The notes under the pieces were generated by a model, which did not search any database, was not told where the DNA came from, and saw only the letters and a program-made list of their open reading frames with translations. A stretch of DNA of 64,000 bases from an uncultured Nitrososphaeraceae archaeon (GTDB lineage: Archaea; Thermoproteota; Nitrososphaeria; Nitrososphaerales; Nitrososphaeraceae), in contig CAWGVG010000005.1 in NCBI GenBank assembly GCA_963825865.1, forward strand, positions 1 through 64,000. The letters run 5' to 3'. Positions 58,779 through 64,000 of this stretch are shown in pieces (the stretch's first letter is position 1; every line of letters begins with the position of its first letter). The position numbers were made by a program, and so were the translations under genes.

Positions 58779-59252
58779 TTGACTGAAACAAAAGGAAGGT
58801 TTTCTAAGATTCTGGCAGCAGTAGATGGATCAGAGCAATCATTTAAAGGAGCAGAATATGCTATTGAGATTGCAAAAAAGTGTAGTGCTCAAATAATCGC
58901 ATTTACTGTACTTGATATATCTAAGCCAAAGCATTTGCCTTCTACCTTCATTACAGCACCTACTTATGGTATGAGAGAATTGGAAGAGGAAAGGAAAGAA
59001 GCCCAGCAGTGGCTAGATAAGATTGCCAATATGGTGTCAGAAAAAGGTAATAATAATAATGTTCAGTTCAAATCACGAATTGAAAGCTCAATGTCGGTAG
59101 AAGGTACAATAGCAAATTATGCTGAAGAGGAGAATATAGATTTAATTGTAATTGGTACTAGAGGTAAATCAGGTTTTAAGAAGTTACTGCTTGGAAGTGT
59201 TGCTTCTAAAGTAGTAACTTATGCTCATTGTTCTGTATTGGTAGTAAAGTGA
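58779..59252 (+). CDS. Universal stress protein
   Basis: KILAAVDGS..DLIVIGTRGKSGFKKLLLGSVA..AHCSVLVVK. Confidence 0.92.
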   Translation: MTETKGRFSKILAAVDGSEQSFKGAEYAIEIAKKCSAQIIAFTVLDISKPKHLPSTFITAPTYGMRELEEERKEAQQWLDKIANMVSEKGNNNNVQFKSRIESSMSVEGTIANYAEEENIDLIVIGTRGKSGFKKLLLGSVASKVVTYAHCSVLVVK

Positions 59253-59556
59253 ACTATTGATATTAATTATGCAAAGCTTAGTAGTGTCTCTTAGCTACTA
59301 TTAAAAAATCGAAATAGGAGAAATATATCTAGCAGCGTATGTGATTATAACACAGGGGAGAGAATATCTATGAACGAAAGATCGGATAAGAATAAAGACG
59401 AGGTTTGATGGTCGAGATTATGTGTGTTAAGTATTTAGTATTCAATATAAAAGTAGTAATTTGCTCTTCGTTGTCTATGTCAATCATAATAAAACAATTT
59501 TAAAATAAGAAATAGTAATATTGAAGATAAGAAGAAAAATAGCGATAATGAAAACC

Positions 59557-59638
59557 TTCTTATCTTTCATTTTCTTGGCTGCTTGTTGAACTGAAGCCAT
59601 TTCTTCAATGGTTTCTAGTTTTTTGTTCATTATGTGGC
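59557..59638. repeat. 82-bp identical copy of the 5' part of CBS gene 44258-44707
   Basis: Matches 44610-44691 base for base by eye. Confidence 0.9.
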
Positions 59639-59751
59639 CATTTGGATCACCTTACACAACATAATTACTTAATATACTTCTAATTTTTTCTTTCCGATTG
59701 TGCTGTCCCATGCGATCATACCTTTTCTACAACTTGCATTGTATTACTTTA

Positions 59752-60102
59752 CTACTTGTTTGTAGTTTTTGAATAGAACAGATTATCAACATCAATTATC
59801 ATTGCCTCAAGAAACCTTTTATAAGCTTCAAGCAACTTTCTTTTCTTGTCTGCAGGATGAATGTAATCTAAGTATGATACCAATGCTTCCGCATTATTTA
59901 CCATGCCAGTTATACTATCTTCTAATATGAGCTTCTCTTCTACTCCAGATGCAATTGAATCTATTAATGACTTCAGTGATTGTGCCACATTTATTGCTTT
60001 CAGAGTCACTAAGGTCGTTTTTCCAGAGGAAGAAATTTTCTTTTCTTTATTTCTTTTAGATACCATTGATCTTGTCTCCTTAACCAACATATTGACATTC
60101 AT
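59752..60102 (-). CDS. Hypothetical helical protein
   Basis: 116-codon ORF with plausible composition. Confidence 0.5.
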   Translation of the reverse strand: MNVNMLVKETRSMVSKRNKEKKISSSGKTTLVTLKAINVAQSLKSLIDSIASGVEEKLILEDSITGMVNNAEALVSYLDYIHPADKKRKLLEAYKRFLEAMIIDVDNLFYSKTTNK

Positions 60103-60310
60103 ACCACTTATATATATTAGAAAATGCTGTATACACTACAATGCACAACATTTCAAGACATTAAATACTAAGTCTTGTGTTATGATTAATAAAGGGCCTA
60201 TTATCGATAAAAAATTGGCATGATAGTAATTCTGTGATAACTTGTAGTAACTGATCCATAGTAATTATTTTAGGATATGAATTTTAATTAGAGCTTGTTT
60301 TTAACTAAAA

Positions 60311-60778
60311 ATGAATATGTCAACTACTACTACTGGTGCTAGTCAAAAAACGATATTGTCCAAAATATTAGTTGCAATTGATGGCTCTGATGCCTCAATG
60401 GATGCAGCAACTTATGCTATCTCTCTATCTAAAGGATATAATAATTCAGAACTTTATGCTTTGCATGTTATACGTGCTGATGTTGATTTATTCGGACCAC
60501 ATGAAACATCAGAGTTTATGACAACAATGAGAAATGAAGGAGAAAAATATTTGAATAAAGTTAAACGTAATGCAAATGAAAAGAATATTCAGATAAAAAC
60601 AGAAATTATTGCTTGTATAAATATAGCAGGAGGTATAGTAGATTATGCTGAAGAAAATGATATTAACCTAATTGTAATTGGAACAAGGGGGCTATCAGGA
60701 TTTAAGAAACTATTACTTGGAAGTGTTGCATCACATGTTGTAACTTATGCACATTGTCCTGTAATGGTAGTGAAATAG
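60311..60778 (+). CDS. Universal stress protein
   Basis: KILVAIDGS..LIVIGTRGLSGFKKLLLGSVA..AHCPVMVVK. Confidence 0.92.
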   Translation: MNMSTTTTGASQKTILSKILVAIDGSDASMDAATYAISLSKGYNNSELYALHVIRADVDLFGPHETSEFMTTMRNEGEKYLNKVKRNANEKNIQIKTEIIACINIAGGIVDYAEENDINLIVIGTRGLSGFKKLLLGSVASHVVTYAHCPVMVVK

Positions 60779-60865
60779 TTATTTTACTTCAAACCTTTCA
60801 GATAACAAAATCAAAAAACAATAATTACAATTTTTGGTTTTAGATTTATTCATTCATTAGACAAT

Positions 60866-61025
60866 CGCGCGCGATAAAGCTTGTATTTTTTCTCTCTTTT
60901 CATCTGACTGCTGTGGAGCATTACATGCCTCTCTGAATATTGCTGTGAAGCCAACAAGACATTTCTCATATTCTTCGGGCAGCCTTTCGTCAATGTATCT
61001 TCTGATGTTGTTCTTGGACTGCTTC
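60866..61025 (-). pseudogene. Central fragment of the multicopy HTH protein family
   Basis: KQSKNNIRRYIDERLPEEYEKCLVGFTAIFREACN..DEKREKIQALS. Confidence 0.75.
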
Positions 61026-61126
61026 CAACGGGAGTAAGATGTACATAATTACGTTAAAATAAAAAAGTAGTTTTAAGAAGTTAAGATATTTAAGATACTA
61101 CCCAGCAATAGCAAGTTGGGACATAT

Positions 61127-61783
61127 ATGAGTTCGTCGGAAGATCGTGACATAGAGCCATTTGATTGGTTCAATAGATTCTTTGGTGGGAGCAGAAGAAG
61201 TGGCGGAAGAGGAGGAGGATTTTTTGGTTTTCCTGATATTTTCAGGGGATTTGATGATATGAGAAAAGAAATGGAAAGACAATTTGAACAACAGTTTAAG
61301 GATATAGAGAGTAAAGCACCAAAAGACCTCGTAAAAGAATATGAAACATCTACTGGGGGTAAGGTAAGAGAATATGGGCCATTTGTTTATGGTTATTCTA
61401 TGACAATAGGTCCTGATGGTAGACCAAAAGTAAGAGAATTTGGCAATGTTAAATCACCATTTAGTAGCAGAGGCTTTTTCACTAGGCCACTTGTATCATC
61501 TGAACGGGAACCTTTAGCAGACGTAACAACTACAGATAAGGAGGTAAAAGTGGTAGTAGAAATGCCAGGTGTTAGCAAAGAGAATATCAAGGTGAATGTC
61601 TATGATAATTCATTAGAAGTAACAACTACTGGCACAGATAGAAAATATCATGAAGTTATTGAAATACCTCCTGAAACAGATATTGAAACAGTTACATCAA
61701 CTTATAAAAATGGAATACTTGAAATAGCATTCAAGAAAAAAGAACAGACAAAACCAAAGGGAAAGCAGATAAAGATAGAATAA
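61127..61783 (+). CDS. hsp20: Archaeal small heat-shock protein Hsp20
   Basis: GPFVYGYSMTIGPDGRPKVREFGNV, REPLADV, EMPGVSKE, YKNGILEI. Confidence 0.92.
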   Translation: MSSSEDRDIEPFDWFNRFFGGSRRSGGRGGGFFGFPDIFRGFDDMRKEMERQFEQQFKDIESKAPKDLVKEYETSTGGKVREYGPFVYGYSMTIGPDGRPKVREFGNVKSPFSSRGFFTRPLVSSEREPLADVTTTDKEVKVVVEMPGVSKENIKVNVYDNSLEVTTTGTDRKYHEVIEIPPETDIETVTSTYKNGILEIAFKKKEQTKPKGKQIKIE

Positions 61784-62137
61784 AGTCATTTTCTTTCTCA
61801 TTAACATTTACACTTTTTGAGTTTATATCCTGTTCCAGGTATTAGAACAGGATCAAGCAAAAATCCATCACAATCCTCAATTGTCTTCATCAGATCAAGC
61901 TATTCTTGGTCCAATACCAGGAACACGAGCACTAGAGTACTAAAAAATCATTTTCCAGCAGAATTAATCGATATGTGATAAGTAGAGGTGGTAAGCATTA
62001 TTTTGAAGACGAAATACAATAAGCTTTTGAATAGACCTGTCTGATTGGTAAGTATTGAAGACCATTAAGGTTCCTGCCACAAGAGGGTTTAATTGATCGA
62101 TATCAGATCCTGGTAGAAATTCGCCCATTTTCTTATC

Positions 62138-62186
62138 TTAAGAGGTTTTCTTCAATTTTTTAATTTCAGAAAATTAAAATCTCCTT
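62138..62186. repeat. Dispersed ~50-bp hairpin-forming repeat, copy 2
   Basis: Matches 7207-7258. Confidence 0.85.
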
Positions 62187-62206
62187 GCATTTGTACTTCC
62201 ACTTGA

Positions 62207-62575
62207 GTGGGAATGAGAAAAGAGTTTATTGTTTCAAAGATCGAAGCTTCCCAAGATGGAAGTCCTTATGTTTATGTCGTATTTACGGATGCTAATGAGC
62301 CAAAATCAGCGGGAGGACATGCAGGGAGAAACTTTCCTCAAAGTCGTTTTGGTGTTGGTGCAGGTGCAGTACCATTTAGCTCTCCAGAAGACCTAATGAA
62401 GAATCTGCCTAAAGCTATGTCGAATATGTTAGGAGGTGGAGGGATGGGTACGTCTTCTGATACACCTACATTTAAAATTAGTATGAAAGAATATGATGAC
62501 ATGCAATTAAAGATTGGAGATAAAGTTACGATAGAGATTAAAAGAGTTGCAGATAGTAGTAGTACTGGAGTTTAA
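62207..62575 (+). CDS. Hypothetical protein of thaumarchaeal type
   Basis: KEFIVSKIEASQDGSPYVYV..TFKISMKEYDDM.LKIGDKVTIEI. Confidence 0.7.
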   Translation: MGMRKEFIVSKIEASQDGSPYVYVVFTDANEPKSAGGHAGRNFPQSRFGVGAGAVPFSSPEDLMKNLPKAMSNMLGGGGMGTSSDTPTFKISMKEYDDMQLKIGDKVTIEIKRVADSSSTGV

Positions 62576-62987
62576 TTAAATAGTAAAAAGCGTTAAGTAT
62601 ATTCATAATTATCTCTCTTGATTCGGCTAACAAGCTAATGACTTATTGTTCAGAAATTGTTCAGAATTTTAATATGCAGAGATATGGAGAAGATGATTCA
62701 TATAACAAAACAGCTTTCAAAATTTGTAACATAAGAGAAGAAAAATTCTAGAGCAACCATATTGAATTACGATTGAAATTAGTTTGAAAAAGGATGCGCT
62801 ATATAGCGCATACCTTGTTAGAAAGTGGCTATAACTTTTAACCCCTTTAGAAATATACTTTGAAAAAGAAGGTGAATGGCATGTAGGCATGTATAGCCTG
62901 TCATTCCAACTTACATTAGATGATTCCTCTATTACTATTACAAAGATACAAGAAACTCTTTTCTGTTGGTATGCTGGTTGAAAAATC

Positions 62988-63221
62988 ATGAAAGTCATCC
63001 AGGCCACCTCTGAGATTCCGGGTATGACCAAGGGAGAGGTCGATAGATTCCTTGAAAGTAAACTGAATTTGCAGTTGGCTACCATCGATGGACAAGGTTG
63101 GCCCAATATTCACTCCGTCTGGTTTTACTATGATAAAAATGAAGAAAAACTCTTGATAACAACATCAAAATTGGCCAAGAAAGCACAAAGACAAACCGAA
63201 TGTGTATTTTTCCATAGATGA
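62988..63221 (+). pseudogene. Pyridoxamine 5'-phosphate oxidase family protein, truncated/frameshifted
   Basis: MTKGEVDRFLESKLNLQLATIDGQGWPNIHSVWFYY..ITTSK.AKK. Confidence 0.75.
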
Positions 63222-63833
63222 TGAGACTTCTGCTCCCAAAGGAGCTAGACTTGTTTATTTACCTATTATTAGTTACGGTTCAATTATAACTAGATTATAG
63301 GTGGTTATAAGTTAATTAATTGGTACTGATAATAGTAGTATCTAGCTAACTAGCCATAAGCTATATTATTATTACCGCCTTTCGTAACAATAGGACTTAT
63401 TTGTTTATGATTGCCACCATTATCGCACTTAAAAGCGATTTTTCAGGCGGCTATATAACATTCACAAATCTAATTCAGCGTTGAACAAGGTATAATGACG
63501 ATAGTATGCATATATATTTCCTATGTTAACTAAGATTTTTAAATAATAAATTCACAGCTTACGGTTTGAATAGATGCGTAGTTGACTCAATGAATAGAAG
63601 CATCCAAAAAGATATATTTATAGGCCTAGGTTTAGTGTTGGTTATTGAATTTTTTTGTTTACTTCACTCTCTTTAAGACCTCAGATAGAGTCACTACTAC
63701 ATAGCCTCCATCCAGATATCTGAAGCGTGATTGCAAATGCTTCGAAATGTGAATTAACTTTGTTAACTAATCTTTTAATTATCTAATTATCTAAATATAC
63801 AATGCATTAGTCAATAATGCAAATCGTAAGTCT

Positions 63834-64000
63834 ATGTTCAACACAAATATCTCTATAAGGATAAGTTTTACTGCTGTTGTATTAGCGGCAGCAATAGCAT
63901 CTGCTAGTGCAGTATTGGAAATTGGAATTATTAATGGCAGTCAATCTCAAATAACACCCTCCTCACCTACTTCGCCATCACCTACTAACAAGACTGTTTC
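63834..64000 (+). CDS. Secreted protein (partial), paralog of 4789-5307
   Basis: MFNTNISIRISFTAVVLAAAIASASAVLEIGIINGSQSQ.. versus VSAVLGIGIINVSQAQ; runs off the window end. Confidence 0.6.
   Translation, partial: MFNTNISIRISFTAVVLAAAIASASAVLEIGIINGSQSQITPSSPTSPSPTNKTV

Noticed and set aside
61827-61853. 9-bp stem hairpin after hsp20 as a bacterial-type terminator
   Set aside because: No following U-tract; T-rich tracts directly after the stop fit archaeal termination better, and the hairpin may belong to an adjacent gene relic.

Overview
AT-rich, low-coding-density archaeal DNA that most resembles a soil ammonia-oxidising archaeon (Nitrososphaeraceae). This is inferred from the gene content: thaumarchaeal-type sensor kinase, cupredoxins, P-II, CBS, USP and archaeal Hsp20 genes, and many secreted low-complexity proteins. 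I found no rRNA, intact tRNA or CRISPR array. The window is accessory DNA. It holds four IS elements with visible ends (one IS5, two copies of an IS5/ISL2-type element, one IS630) and two GC-rich bacterial-looking genes (an SthA-like transhydrogenase and an SDR). It also holds a vanadium haloperoxidase, a STAND-like repeat protein, a type I GAPDH/CoA-transferase/ADH group and a USP-Hsp20 stress group. A decayed integrative-element module lies at about 21-26 kb, with an isolated tRNA-Gly 3' end at 29.7 kb that looks like an att site. The most striking pattern is a patchwork of 30-400 bp fragments drawn repeatedly from a few families: an HTH family (5 pieces), a pentapeptide-repeat protein C-terminus (4 pieces), and SDR, ADH, CBS and promoter blocks. 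A candidate shared operator (GAATTARGCTACAAACTA) lies next to two atypical cupredoxin genes. Caveat: many genes carry single-base indels, and the two near-identical IS copies differ mainly by 1-bp insertions. Many frameshifts may therefore be long-read consensus errors rather than true pseudogenes. All family assignments come from recognising motifs by eye, not from database searches.
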